Assembly: GCA_963677435.1 (NCBI GenBank)
Contig: OY781945.1
Span: 1,440,001-1,504,000 of the forward strand
Source: an uncultured Aliarcobacter sp.
Lineage (GTDB): Bacteria; Campylobacterota; Campylobacteria; Campylobacterales; Arcobacteraceae
Length of the DNA: 64,000 nt
Direction: 5' to 3'
Shown here: positions 50,156 through 59,816 of the stretch, piece after piece
Layout: every line of letters starts with the position of its first letter
Numbering within the stretch: position 1 is the first letter of the stretch
The notes under the pieces: generated by a model
Told to the model about the DNA's origin: nothing
The model's input: the letters and a program-made list of their open reading frames with translations, nothing else
Database searches by the model: none
Translations under genes and position numbers: made by a program

Positions 50156-50518
50156 ATGAAAATTCATAGAATCAACCCATGCAAAAGATGGTCAGATGTG
50201 ACTGTTTTTAATGGAATTGCAACTTTCACAGAAGTTGCAGACACAGATACAAGTGCAGATATTAAAGGTCAAGTTCAACAAATATTTGACCAAGCTCAAG
50301 CTAGTTTAGCTTTGATTGATAGTGATAAATCAAGAATTTTAGCAGTTACTATTTACATCACAGATTTTGCAAACTTCGATGGCTTAAATGAGATTTGGGA
50401 TTCTTGGTTTCCAGATGGCTGTGCGCCAAGTAGAGCTTGTGTAAAAGCTGAATTAGTTGATCCAAATTTGTTAGTTGAAATGACATTCACAGCAGCAGCT
50501 GGTGAGAAGTTTCAATAA
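50156..50518 (+). CDS. RidA-family protein (YoaB/Rid2-like)
   Basis: WDSWF...APSRACV, LVEM. Confidence 0.88.
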   Translation: MKIHRINPCKRWSDVTVFNGIATFTEVADTDTSADIKGQVQQIFDQAQASLALIDSDKSRILAVTIYITDFANFDGLNEIWDSWFPDGCAPSRACVKAELVDPNLLVEMTFTAAAGEKFQ

Positions 50519-50519
50519 T

Positions 50520-51119
50520 ATGGAGCCATTAGATATTGGTAGTTCTTACAATCAAATTACCCATATATGGAAAAATGAAAAATTTGATAAAACAAATGGA
50601 ATTATACAGCATAAAAAAGCAATAGATTTTGCAAAAAATCGAGGTAAAGCACTAGATATCGGTTGTGGTTGTAGTGGAAGATTTATAGATTTACTAATAG
50701 ATGAAGGCTTCACTCCTAGTGGAATAGATATTTCTAGTAAGATGATAGAATTAGCAAAAGAATGTCATCCTTCTATTGCTTTTTATTATGGAGATATTTG
50801 CGAATATGAATTGTCTGATAAGTATGATTTTATTACAGCGTGGGATAGTATTTGGCATATTCCTTTATCAAAACAAGAAAAAGTAATCGCAAAAATAATT
50901 GATACCTTAAATATTGGCGGTATTTTTATATTCTCTTTTGGTGGTACGGTTGATTCTGGTGAACATATAGATGATTTTATGGGACCAGAAGTTTATTATT
51001 CTTCCCTTGGAATAAATGGTTTTCTAAAATGTTTTTTAGATTTATCTTGTATCATAAGACATTTAGAATTTGACCAATATCCAGAATTACATACATACTT
51101 AATTGTAGAAAAAATTTGA
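50520..51119 (+). CDS. Class I SAM-dependent methyltransferase
   Basis: ALDIGCGCSG, GIDIS, AWDSIWH. ATG at 50520 follows the upstream stop. Confidence 0.85.
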   Translation: MEPLDIGSSYNQITHIWKNEKFDKTNGIIQHKKAIDFAKNRGKALDIGCGCSGRFIDLLIDEGFTPSGIDISSKMIELAKECHPSIAFYYGDICEYELSDKYDFITAWDSIWHIPLSKQEKVIAKIIDTLNIGGIFIFSFGGTVDSGEHIDDFMGPEVYYSSLGINGFLKCFLDLSCIIRHLEFDQYPELHTYLIVEKI

Positions 51120-51174
51120 TATTATTTTTTATAAGATTTAGTGAAAATACAATTTTTGGAGTGATAAATAATAT

Positions 51175-51696
51175 ATGAAAATTTTAAAATATAAAAAAAT
51201 AGAAGCGAGTTTTAATCCTTGGTCGGTTAAATATTTTGAAGTAGCTCAAAGTGTTATTGACTTTATTTGCATAGAACAATTTGAAGTTATTCATATAGGT
51301 TCTACCTCATTTAAAGTTGGTGGTAAAGGAATAATAGATTTATCTATCTTATATGAAAATGGTGACTTAGAAAAAGCAGTTAAACATTTATTGCAACTTG
51401 GTTTTCAAAATCAAATCAGTGAAAAACCTTTTCCTGCTGAGCGACCACGAAAAGATGGTATGGTTATTGTAAATGAAAAAGAATATTTTTTACATGTTCA
51501 TGTTATTCAAAAAGGAAGTGATGAACATAAAAAGCAAATTGAATACAAAAGTTATATGTTAAACAATCCTCTTGCTAGAGAAGAGTATGAGTTTTCAAAA
51601 AAACAGATTTTAGCTAATGGTTTCACTGACCAAGAATCTTATGGTAAACAAAAATCACCTTATGTAAAATCTATTTTAAATAGGATAGATAAATAG
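51175..51696 (+). CDS. GrpB family nucleotidyltransferase-fold protein
   Basis: HIGSTS, KGIIDL, LHVHV, YGKQKSPYV. Confidence 0.85.
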   Translation: MKILKYKKIEASFNPWSVKYFEVAQSVIDFICIEQFEVIHIGSTSFKVGGKGIIDLSILYENGDLEKAVKHLLQLGFQNQISEKPFPAERPRKDGMVIVNEKEYFLHVHVIQKGSDEHKKQIEYKSYMLNNPLAREEYEFSKKQILANGFTDQESYGKQKSPYVKSILNRIDK

Positions 51697-51881
51697 AATA
51701 ATAAAATAGATTTCACTTGAATTCCTCAATTCTTATCATATAATGTAAACGGTTTATCTACACTATTTACAAAAATTATCATCTTTCTTTTAACTACAAC
51801 TTAAGAAATTGCGGGGATACTTCAGAGGTATCCTGTCCCTGAAACTACGGGCTTATCAAACATACTTAAGGAATGTAGCCC

Positions 51882-52451
51882 ATGAATATAACAACAAACG
51901 ATTCTCAAATATTATTAGCACTTAACAAACCTAAAGGTTATTTAGTTACAAGATCTGATGACCTTGGGCGAAAAACTGTCTACAATCTTTTACCCGATAG
52001 CCTTTTTCAAGATGGATGGATGCCTATTGGACGCCTTGATTTAGAATCAAAAGGGCTTTTATTATTCACAAGAGATGGAAAAATAAATGATGCTTTAACA
52101 AAACCTGGAAATTGCATTAAAATATATGAAGTTTGGGTTAGAGGTTACGTAACAGATGAACATATTTTGGAAGCTAAAAAAGGTGTTGAAAGTATACATG
52201 GAATACTGAAAGCAAAAGTAGAAAAAATAGGAAATGGTGGAGCAAAAACAAAACTTAGAGTTGAACTAGAAGAGGGCAAAAATCGCCATATTCGCAGACT
52301 CTTTGGAGCATTAAAAGACCCAAAATTTGGAACACCATTAAAAGTTTTGGATTTGAACCGAGTTAGTATTGGCAGTTTTAAACCCAATATTGAAATAGGT
52401 AAATGGCGTTATCTTTCAATAGATGAAGAGAAAATGCTAATTAAAAGCTAG
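51882..52451 (+). CDS. Pseudouridine synthase, RsuA/RluE family, no S4 domain
   Basis: NKPKGY, GRLDLESKGLLL, EGKNRHIRR. Confidence 0.9.
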   Translation: MNITTNDSQILLALNKPKGYLVTRSDDLGRKTVYNLLPDSLFQDGWMPIGRLDLESKGLLLFTRDGKINDALTKPGNCIKIYEVWVRGYVTDEHILEAKKGVESIHGILKAKVEKIGNGGAKTKLRVELEEGKNRHIRRLFGALKDPKFGTPLKVLDLNRVSIGSFKPNIEIGKWRYLSIDEEKMLIKS

Positions 52452-52520
52452 AAGTAATACAAGTCGTCTAAGCTCTTTATGTTACAATACTTTTTTAAAA
52501 ATGGTTGTATTAAATAGGAG

Positions 52521-53321
52521 TTGAAAATTAAAATAATAAATGTGATTTCTAATCAAGATAGATTAAATCTAATTCGAACTTTTTGTGATGATGATTTAGA
52601 AAATGAAGTTGAAAATGTTTTAAAAAATATTTTAGAAAATGGCTCTTATGAATTAAAATCAATGATAAAACTTTTTGATTTAATGGACAATTCAAGTAGT
52701 GCTGAAAGTGATTTACAAACTCCTTATACAATTGGTAATAGAACAATCGAAGTTATTAACACTTGCGAACAATTGCAAGAGGCAATGAACACAATTTTAT
52801 TAGCTCCTTTTATAGGCTTTGATAGTGAACAAAAACCAACCTTTAAAAAAGGTCAAGCAGATAATGGTGTTTGCCTTATTCAATTAGCTACTAAAGATAA
52901 GTGTTATCTTATTCAAACTAAACAAATCAAAAATCTAAAACCACTTATAAACTTTTTGGAAGATGACAAAATAATAAAAATAGGCACTGGATTAAAAGGC
53001 GATAACGTAGCACTTTTTAAGCAATTTAACCTAAGACTAAAATCAACAATTGACCTTGAAGATATATTTAAAAAATTATCATCAAAAAACCAAATAGGAG
53101 CTAGAAAAGCAGCTTCAATAATTTTAAATGAAAAATTACAAAAATCAAAAAATATGTCAAGATCAAATTGGGAAAATGAAGAGCTAACTTCAGGACAAAT
53201 AAAATACGCCTCAGAAGACGCAACTGTTGTATATGATGTAATGAATAAAATCCTAGAACAATATCCATTTGCTATGAAAATGATGCCAATGTTTTTTCAA
53301 GCGCAATATTCTCAAGAATAA
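52521..53321 (+). CDS. DEDDy 3'-5' exonuclease (WRN/RNase D-like; start uncertain)
   Basis: GFDSE, LIQLAT, SNWE, QIKYASEDA. Confidence 0.85.
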   Translation: MKIKIINVISNQDRLNLIRTFCDDDLENEVENVLKNILENGSYELKSMIKLFDLMDNSSSAESDLQTPYTIGNRTIEVINTCEQLQEAMNTILLAPFIGFDSEQKPTFKKGQADNGVCLIQLATKDKCYLIQTKQIKNLKPLINFLEDDKIIKIGTGLKGDNVALFKQFNLRLKSTIDLEDIFKKLSSKNQIGARKAASIILNEKLQKSKNMSRSNWENEELTSGQIKYASEDATVVYDVMNKILEQYPFAMKMMPMFFQAQYSQE

Positions 53322-53353
53322 AATATATTTTAGTTTAAAGCATAATCTCTCCT

Positions 53354-55873
53354 ATGAAAAACTTACCTATTTATGATGTTTTAGCTGATATAAAATCTAC
53401 ACTTACTTATAACTCAACTCTTATCTTAGAAGCACCTCCAGGTGCAGGAAAAAGTACTGTAGTGCCTATTTCTTTGCTCAATGAATCTTGGCTTGGAAAT
53501 AAAATCATAATTATGCTTGAACCTCGCAGAGTTGCTGCTCGAATGGTTGCCCAACAAATGGCAAAGTTACTAGGTGAAGAAGTAGGGCAAAGTGTAGGTT
53601 ATCAAGTTAAGATGGATAGTTGTTATTCAAAACAAACAAAACTATTAGTAGTAACAGAATCAATACTTGTGCGTAAACTTCAAAGTGACCAAGCTTTGGA
53701 AGATGTGGCAATGGTAATCTTTGATGAATTTCATGAACGAAGTATTCATACTGATTTATCCCTTGCTCTTTGTCTTCAAGTGCAAGAACTTTTAAGAGCT
53801 GATTTAAAACTATTGATTATGTCTGCAACTCTTGATTCTCATGAGCTAACAAATCTTTTAGGTGAAGTTCCAGTAATAAACTCAAAAGGTAAAATATATG
53901 ATGTTGAAAATATATATCTTGAAATAAATATAAAACAACCAGATATAAAAAACATAAATACACTTCTTTTAAATATCACCATAAAATCCATAAAAGAGGA
54001 TGAGGGTGATATTTTAGTTTTTTTAGCAGGCTCACGTGAGATACAAAAACTTCAAGCTTTGTTAGAAGAGAGTTTAAAAGATAAAGATATTGAAATACTT
54101 CCTTTATACTCAACTCTAAGTAAAGAAAAACAAGACAAAGCAATCAGTAAATCAAATAAAAGAAAGATAATACTCTCTACAAATATCGCACAAACATCTT
54201 TGACTATTGAGGGTGTAAAAGTTGTGATTGATTCAGGCTTAGAAAAAGTATCGCGTTACAACTACTCAAATGCAATGAACCATTTAGAACTATCATTTAT
54301 CTCAAATGATTCTGCAATCCAAAGAGCAGGACGAGCAGGTCGTCTAAGCGATGGAAAGTGTTACAAACTTTGGCACAAAAGTAAGATACTGCAAGAGACA
54401 AGCAAAGCTGAGATATTAAGAACTGATTTAAGTTCATTCTTTTTAGATTTGGCACTTTGGGGTTATGAAGATATAAAAGAGTTTAAGTTTTTAAATTATC
54501 CCCAAGATATGGTACAAAACAGTACAAACTTAGTACTTCAAGAACTTCAAATGCTAAATGAAGATAATCAAATAACCAAATTTGGTAAAAAATCCCTAAC
54601 TCTTGGTGTTCATCCACGATTTGCTTTTATGATATTAAGAGCAAATGAGTTAGGGTTTGCTTATGAAGCTTGTCTTTTATCTGCTATGTTAAGTGAAAAA
54701 GATATATTTAAAAATATGAGTTTTAACTGTGATATATATTCTAGGTTTTTACACTTGTATGAAAAAGATTTTGATAGTGCATATATAAATTCACATCTCA
54801 CAAAAACTGTTTTAAAACAAGCAGAATTCTTTTATAATAAATTAAAAAATATTGAAACTATAAATAAAAACACAAAAAAAATAGATGAAGAAATTTTAAG
54901 TATATTACTCCTTTTAGCATATCCTGATAGATTAGCAAAACAAAGAGGGGAAAATGACACTAAATATAAACTAAGCAACGGAAAAGGCGCTATTTTAAAT
55001 ATAGAAGATAGTTTATTTAATGAAGAGTTTTTAGTAATTGCAAATCTAAACGCACATACAAAAGACTCATATATAAACCAAGCCTTAAAGATTTCTTTGC
55101 AAATAATAGAACGAGAGTTTAAATCATATATCCAAAAAAAAGAGTCAATCACTTATAACAAAGAAAATAAAAAGTTTGATATAAAAGAGCACTATTATTT
55201 CTATGAATTAGCGTTATATTCAAGGGCAATATCAAATGACGCTAAACATGACTTCTCAAAACTTCTTTTAGAGTTGATAAAAAAAGAGGGTTTAGAACTT
55301 TTAACTTGGAGTAAAAAAGCCATAGAACTACAAAATAGGGTCAATTTTATAAATGAAAATATGAATAGTGAATTACCAACATTCACAAACGATGTTTTGC
55401 TAGAAACACTAGAACTTTGGCTAGAACCATATTTACAAAATATAACAACAGTAAAAGAGCTTGAAGCTTTAGATATTTACACTATTTTATTAGGAATAAT
55501 CCCTTGGGAACAACAACAACTTTTAGAAACTCTAGTACCAGATAGTATAAAAGTTCCAAGTGGCTCAAATATAAAAATAGATTATTCAAATCTAAAAAAT
55601 CCCATCTTAGCAGTAAAAATACAAGAAATGTTTGGACTAAATGAAACACCAAAAATACTAAATAACACCATTGCCTTACAAATACATCTTCTAAGCCCAG
55701 CTCTAAGACCAATACAAATAACAAACGATTTAAAAAGCTTCTGGGAAAACTCATACGATGAGGTAAGAAAAGAGCTATTTTCAAAGTATAAAAAACACTA
55801 TTGGCCTTTGAATCCTTTTGAGGCTGTTGCTACTAATAAGACTAAGAAGCATATGATGAGAGGTGATTTATAG
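53354..55873 (+). CDS. hrpB: ATP-dependent RNA helicase HrpB
   Basis: APPGAGKST, DEFHER, MSAT, QRAGRAGR, AYPDR, LLSPALRPIQIT, KHYWP. Confidence 0.93.
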   Translation: MKNLPIYDVLADIKSTLTYNSTLILEAPPGAGKSTVVPISLLNESWLGNKIIIMLEPRRVAARMVAQQMAKLLGEEVGQSVGYQVKMDSCYSKQTKLLVVTESILVRKLQSDQALEDVAMVIFDEFHERSIHTDLSLALCLQVQELLRADLKLLIMSATLDSHELTNLLGEVPVINSKGKIYDVENIYLEINIKQPDIKNINTLLLNITIKSIKEDEGDILVFLAGSREIQKLQALLEESLKDKDIEILPLYSTLSKEKQDKAISKSNKRKIILSTNIAQTSLTIEGVKVVIDSGLEKVSRYNYSNAMNHLELSFISNDSAIQRAGRAGRLSDGKCYKLWHKSKILQETSKAEILRTDLSSFFLDLALWGYEDIKEFKFLNYPQDMVQNSTNLVLQELQMLNEDNQITKFGKKSLTLGVHPRFAFMILRANELGFAYEACLLSAMLSEKDIFKNMSFNCDIYSRFLHLYEKDFDSAYINSHLTKTVLKQAEFFYNKLKNIETINKNTKKIDEEILSILLLLAYPDRLAKQRGENDTKYKLSNGKGAILNIEDSLFNEEFLVIANLNAHTKDSYINQALKISLQIIEREFKSYIQKKESITYNKENKKFDIKEHYYFYELALYSRAISNDAKHDFSKLLLELIKKEGLELLTWSKKAIELQNRVNFINENMNSELPTFTNDVLLETLELWLEPYLQNITTVKELEALDIYTILLGIIPWEQQQLLETLVPDSIKVPSGSNIKIDYSNLKNPILAVKIQEMFGLNETPKILNNTIALQIHLLSPALRPIQITNDLKSFWENSYDEVRKELFSKYKKHYWPLNPFEAVATNKTKKHMMRGDL

Positions 55874-56050
55874 GCTAAATGAAAAATGATTTTGAGGATA
55901 GTTTACTTAATTAGATTGTTTTTTATAATCCTATTTTTGGATGTAGTATATAGTTAATAAAAGAACATTTATTATGTTATATATTCTAATAATTTAAGAG
56001 TGATTTATATAGAATGTAGTATTGATAAATGTATTATACAAAGGATTAAT

Positions 56051-56782
56051 ATGGCAGAAAATATTGATATATCAATTATTGAAGAAAATGAAGTAGATAT
56101 ATTAACAACAAGTTTCAAAGGTTCCGCTGGTATGATTCCTATACTAGGACCATATTTTGCTGAAATAATTGGTAGTTTAGTTCCATATCAGCGAATTGAT
56201 AGAATAACTACTTTCCTAAAATTATTTTATAAAAAGTTTGAAGAACAAAATTTACAAATAGAAATATTAAAAGAAAAAATGAAGAATGAAGATTTTATAA
56301 ATTTATTTGATGATATTTCATGGCTAGCTGCAAAATCAACTTCAAATGATAGAAAAGAATATTTAGCATCAATTTTAATTAATGGTTTAACTGATGATAA
56401 ATTAGATGAAATACAAAAAAATATATTTTTAAATTTAATGTCAGAATTAAATGATATTGAAATATTAATCCTTTATAGTTATACAATAGCTTCAAAAACT
56501 GATGAAGAGTTTACTAAAAAACATCAGGAAATATTAACTCCTCCAAGAGCTTATTCTGAAGCTTCTGAAGATGATAGAAATAAAAGGATTCTTTTTGAAA
56601 CATACAAAGAAAAATTAGTTCGATTAAATTTATTAAATAAAAAATTTGCTAAACCGAAAAGAGGAGAATCTCCAGAATTTGATGAAAAAACAGGAATGAT
56701 GAAGTCTAATGGTTTTGAAATAACTTCAATTGGAAGATTATTTTTAAAATATATTGGATTATTAAAAAAAAATAAGTTTTAA
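56051..56782 (+). CDS. Hypothetical protein, possibly Abi-alpha/DUF4393-like
   Basis: ATG at 56051 with AAGGA RBS. IPILGP..AE near the N-terminus; winged-helix-like ITSIGRLFL at the C-terminus. Confidence 0.5.
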   Translation: MAENIDISIIEENEVDILTTSFKGSAGMIPILGPYFAEIIGSLVPYQRIDRITTFLKLFYKKFEEQNLQIEILKEKMKNEDFINLFDDISWLAAKSTSNDRKEYLASILINGLTDDKLDEIQKNIFLNLMSELNDIEILILYSYTIASKTDEEFTKKHQEILTPPRAYSEASEDDRNKRILFETYKEKLVRLNLLNKKFAKPKRGESPEFDEKTGMMKSNGFEITSIGRLFLKYIGLLKKNKF

Positions 56783-56821
56783 AAAACATAATAATATAAA
56801 GGAAATTAGTACCAAATTGGA

Positions 56822-56843
56822 ATAAAGTGGGACTGGCACCTTT
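56822..56843 (+). repeat. Direct-repeat unit, copy 1
   Basis: ATAAAGTGGGACTGGCACCTTT. Confidence 0.65.
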
Positions 56844-56907
56844 TTTTCACCTTTCTTTGAAAAGCAAATAAGCACCTTTATTCTAATAATTTGAGATTTC
56901 AGAAATG

Positions 56908-56928
56908 ATAAAGGGGACAGTCACCTTT
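56908..56928 (+). repeat. Direct-repeat unit, copy 2
   Basis: ATAAAGGGGACAGTCACCTTT. Confidence 0.75.
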
Positions 56929-57134
56929 CTTTTGCGAAAGATAGATTATCGAAAGAAAAAGCTGTGCGCTAAAATAAGTGAATTTATTATCCCCGGAATT
57001 TTCAATCAATCTTTTTGAACTCTAAAGAGTCTTTTATTGCCATCCTGAGACTATTAAGAAGTGAATTTGGATAATATACTTCAATACAAAATCAAAAATA
57101 TATTAGCAAATATAAATACTAAGGAAATATTAAA

Positions 57135-57899
57135 ATGGAAACAATTTATTCAAAAAAAAATCATGAAGAAATTAACACTAGTGTTATATTTAAATCTTCT
57201 GAATTTAAAGAGAGTGTAATGAAGGAATCTGCAGAAAAATTTGCACTTATATCATTGACAACAAGATATATGCCAGAGATAGTTCTCAATGGAAATTCTA
57301 TTAATATAATTTCCTTTTTTGACAAAATGAAGGAATTATATTTTCACGAGCGTTCTATTAAAAATATAACTGATATGTCATCTCGTTCGTCTTTTTTCAA
57401 CACAGAAGCTCAAGAATTTAACCTTGAGGTGGCAGAAAAAGAGATTAAAGAATCAGATAAGTTTTCAAGCATAGAAGATATATTTAAAGCGTGGGAAGAG
57501 TACCCTGTAAATCTAGTTTCATTTTTAACTCCTCTTTATCATATGGGTTATTTTTTAGTTTTAGCAGAGATTTCAAATAACAAAAATTTAAAAAATAAAC
57601 TTAAAAACAGAGCTTCAAGTTTTTTAAGATCTTACTTAGAATTAGAAGAATATAAAAATGTTATTGGTTATAAAGTTGATATAAATATAAAATCTTTAAC
57701 TTTTACAGAGCTAATAGCCCAATGGATCTCTTTTATTAATTCATTTCTAAGTGATTTTTCTGTTTATTTAATTAAATCTAATCAAAAAGCAACTTTCCAA
57801 AATAAAGATGAAGTAGTGTTAAATTTTAAAAATTTAATGAAAGATATTAAACCAAAATCACTTAATATTAATGCAGAGATTTTGACTTACTTAAAATAG
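57135..57899 (+). CDS. Hypothetical protein
   Basis: 254-aa ORF with AAGGA RBS; no recognised motif. Confidence 0.65.
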   Translation: METIYSKKNHEEINTSVIFKSSEFKESVMKESAEKFALISLTTRYMPEIVLNGNSINIISFFDKMKELYFHERSIKNITDMSSRSSFFNTEAQEFNLEVAEKEIKESDKFSSIEDIFKAWEEYPVNLVSFLTPLYHMGYFLVLAEISNNKNLKNKLKNRASSFLRSYLELEEYKNVIGYKVDINIKSLTFTELIAQWISFINSFLSDFSVYLIKSNQKATFQNKDEVVLNFKNLMKDIKPKSLNINAEILTYLK

Positions 57900-57948
57900 A
57901 ATTTATGTCAGGCACCAATTAGGAATTTCTCTTAACTCAGACTTAAAA

Positions 57949-57969
57949 ATAAAGGGGACAGGCAACTTT
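57949..57969 (+). repeat. Direct-repeat unit, copy 3
   Basis: ATAAAGGGGACAGGCAACTTT, 19/21 identical to copy 2. Confidence 0.75.
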
Positions 57970-57994
57970 AAACTACTGCTCTTTTTTATTTTTA

Positions 57995-58339
57995 TTAGTG
58001 ACAATAAGGGCAAGTATAATCTGTATTTTCAGGTTTTTCTGGGTGGGTTTTATTATCTATTTTATCTTTATCAAAAGTATGATAATTTTTGCACTCTTTC
58101 TCAAAAGCACTTTTAGGACTCGAAGCATAGTAGAATTTAAATCTTTTATATTTACCAATCCAGTTTTTAATTTCGTGATTTAAATCTGTATCTGAACGAC
58201 CATAATATTGAACAACAAATAGTCCAGTTTTACTTTCAAATCCTAAAGCAAAGTTACCAGCTGATACTTTTGTGATTTCAGAATCTACACTCTTAGCTAT
58301 TAAAGCATAAGAACTTTTCATTCCAATAGATCTCTTCAT
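57995..58339 (-). CDS. Small GIY-YIG-like protein with C-terminal CPYC
   Basis: GNFALG...YYGRSD...AFEKEC...H...N; RBS AAGGA. Confidence 0.55.
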   Translation of the reverse strand: MKRSIGMKSSYALIAKSVDSEITKVSAGNFALGFESKTGLFVVQYYGRSDTDLNHEIKNWIGKYKRFKFYYASSPKSAFEKECKNYHTFDKDKIDNKTHPEKPENTDYTCPYCH

Positions 58340-58517
58340 TTATTTTCCTTAGGTTATTTTTCTTAAATTAATCATACAGTATACTAAACTAATTATAATT
58401 TTAAATAAAAGATAAAATGGGGACGGAGAGATTTAAATTAGGATATTCTAAAAGCTATGAATACTAAAGGATATAAGTCAAATTTCATTAGAATACGAAA
58501 ATATTTAAAGGATTTAA

Positions 58518-59081
58518 ATGAAAAAAGAATTTGACAAGTTTAAACAATGGCTTGAAAACAACTATCGTGATGGTTTATTAGATTTAAATCCACCTGCAAC
58601 AGATGCCCAAATAGAAGAACTTACAACTACTCTTGGTGTTGATTTACCTGATGATTTTATAAGTGTATTAAAAATACATAATGGTCAAAAAGGTGAGGCT
58701 GCTTGGCTTTTTGATTCTCAAGAGTTTTTATCAACGCACCGTATTATTGAAGAGTTTAATACTTGGAAAAACTTATTGAAAACTAAACTTCAAGGCAAAG
58801 TTTCAACCCCTGATGATGGAGTTAAAAATGATTGGTGGAATATAAACTGGATACCATTTACAAGTGACGGTTGTGGAGATCATTATTGTCTTGATTTAAG
58901 CCCCACATCAAGTGGCACAAAAGGTCAAGTTATTACTTTGTGGTATGAGTTAGCTGAGCGTGAAATCGTATCTCAAAGTTTCTCTTTATGGTTTGAAGAG
59001 TATGTAACTCAGTTATATTCTGGTGAGCTGGTTTACTCAAAAGAGTATAACTCTATAGTTTATAAAGATGAATTAGAATAA
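58518..59081 (+). CDS. SMI1/KNR4 family protein
   Basis: LNPPAT..IEEL..LG..LPDD, HNGQ, WIPF..DGCGDHYCLDLSP...GQV. Confidence 0.9.
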   Translation: MKKEFDKFKQWLENNYRDGLLDLNPPATDAQIEELTTTLGVDLPDDFISVLKIHNGQKGEAAWLFDSQEFLSTHRIIEEFNTWKNLLKTKLQGKVSTPDDGVKNDWWNINWIPFTSDGCGDHYCLDLSPTSSGTKGQVITLWYELAEREIVSQSFSLWFEEYVTQLYSGELVYSKEYNSIVYKDELE

Positions 59082-59091
59082 GGAAAAGTTT

Positions 59092-59442
59092 TTGAACGAC
59101 AATATAATTTATATATTTATTGCCCTAGCAATTTTTATAGCCTATAAAAAATATACTCAATATCAAGTATTAAAACTTGTACCAACTTTGTTGAAGCAGG
59201 GTGGTCAAATTGTTGATGTTAGAAGTGAAGAAGAATTTGCATATGAGCATAAAGATGGAAGTATTAACATACCATTAGATTTACTTAAAAATAGAATGAA
59301 TGAATTAGATAATACAAAGCCTATAATTCTATGTTGTGCCAGTGGAAGTAGAAGTGTAATGGCAAAAAGTATCTTAATGGCAAATGGATTTAAAAATGTT
59401 CACAATGCAGGAACATGGAATTCTTTAACAAAACAAAATTAA
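59092..59442 (+). CDS. Membrane-anchored rhodanese-like protein
   Basis: N-terminal TM, VDVRS..EF, GSINIP, CCASGSRS. Confidence 0.88.
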   Translation: MNDNIIYIFIALAIFIAYKKYTQYQVLKLVPTLLKQGGQIVDVRSEEEFAYEHKDGSINIPLDLLKNRMNELDNTKPIILCCASGSRSVMAKSILMANGFKNVHNAGTWNSLTKQN

Positions 59443-59589
59443 GAAGATGGTCTAACTCTTCTACCGTCTCAAGTTAAAATCTAAAAATTCTGATAGAATG
59501 GAACTCTTAACCCATAAAAAATAATCTATAAAGATAAGTTCATAGAGGTTATTTATGGGAAAATAAATCAATATAAAAGAGGATAATAA

Positions 59590-59742
59590 ATGGCTAAAAT
59601 AAATTACAATTATGAAAAACGAGCTAGAGAGATAGAAAAAGAGAAAAAAAAAGAAGAAAAACGAAAGAAAAAAGAAGCTTTAAATAATAATGAAATAGCA
59701 GAAGAAGTTTCAACATCTGTTGACGAAAAAATTAAAGAATAG
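59590..59742 (+). CDS. Small 50-aa Lys/Glu-rich protein (not in the ORF track)
   Basis: Hand translation MAKINYNYEKRAREIEKEKKKEEKRKKKEALNNNEIAEEVSTSVDEKIKE; RBS AGAGGA. Confidence 0.65.
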   Translation: MAKINYNYEKRAREIEKEKKKEEKRKKKEALNNNEIAEEVSTSVDEKIKE

Positions 59743-59756
59743 TTTTCTAAATTCTT

Positions 59757-59794
59757 TGTCCTTTTAATATGTCAAATAAAAGAATAAAAGGACA
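59757..59794. terminator. Inverted repeat between convergent genes
   Basis: TGTCCTTTTA...TAAAAGGACA; the loop is long, so the call is weak. Confidence 0.4.
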
Positions 59795-59816
59795 TTGTCT
59801 AGCTAAAATTGAATTC

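Noticed and set aside
56825..56832. AAGTGGGA as an attR copy of the guaA 3' end (GAGTGGGA)
   Set aside because: Only a 7/8 match with no flanking similarity; better explained as part of the GGGAC repeat.
56822..57969. CRISPR array interpretation of the direct repeats
   Set aside because: Spacing is irregular (86 bp and about 1 kb), whole genes lie between copies, and no cas genes are present.
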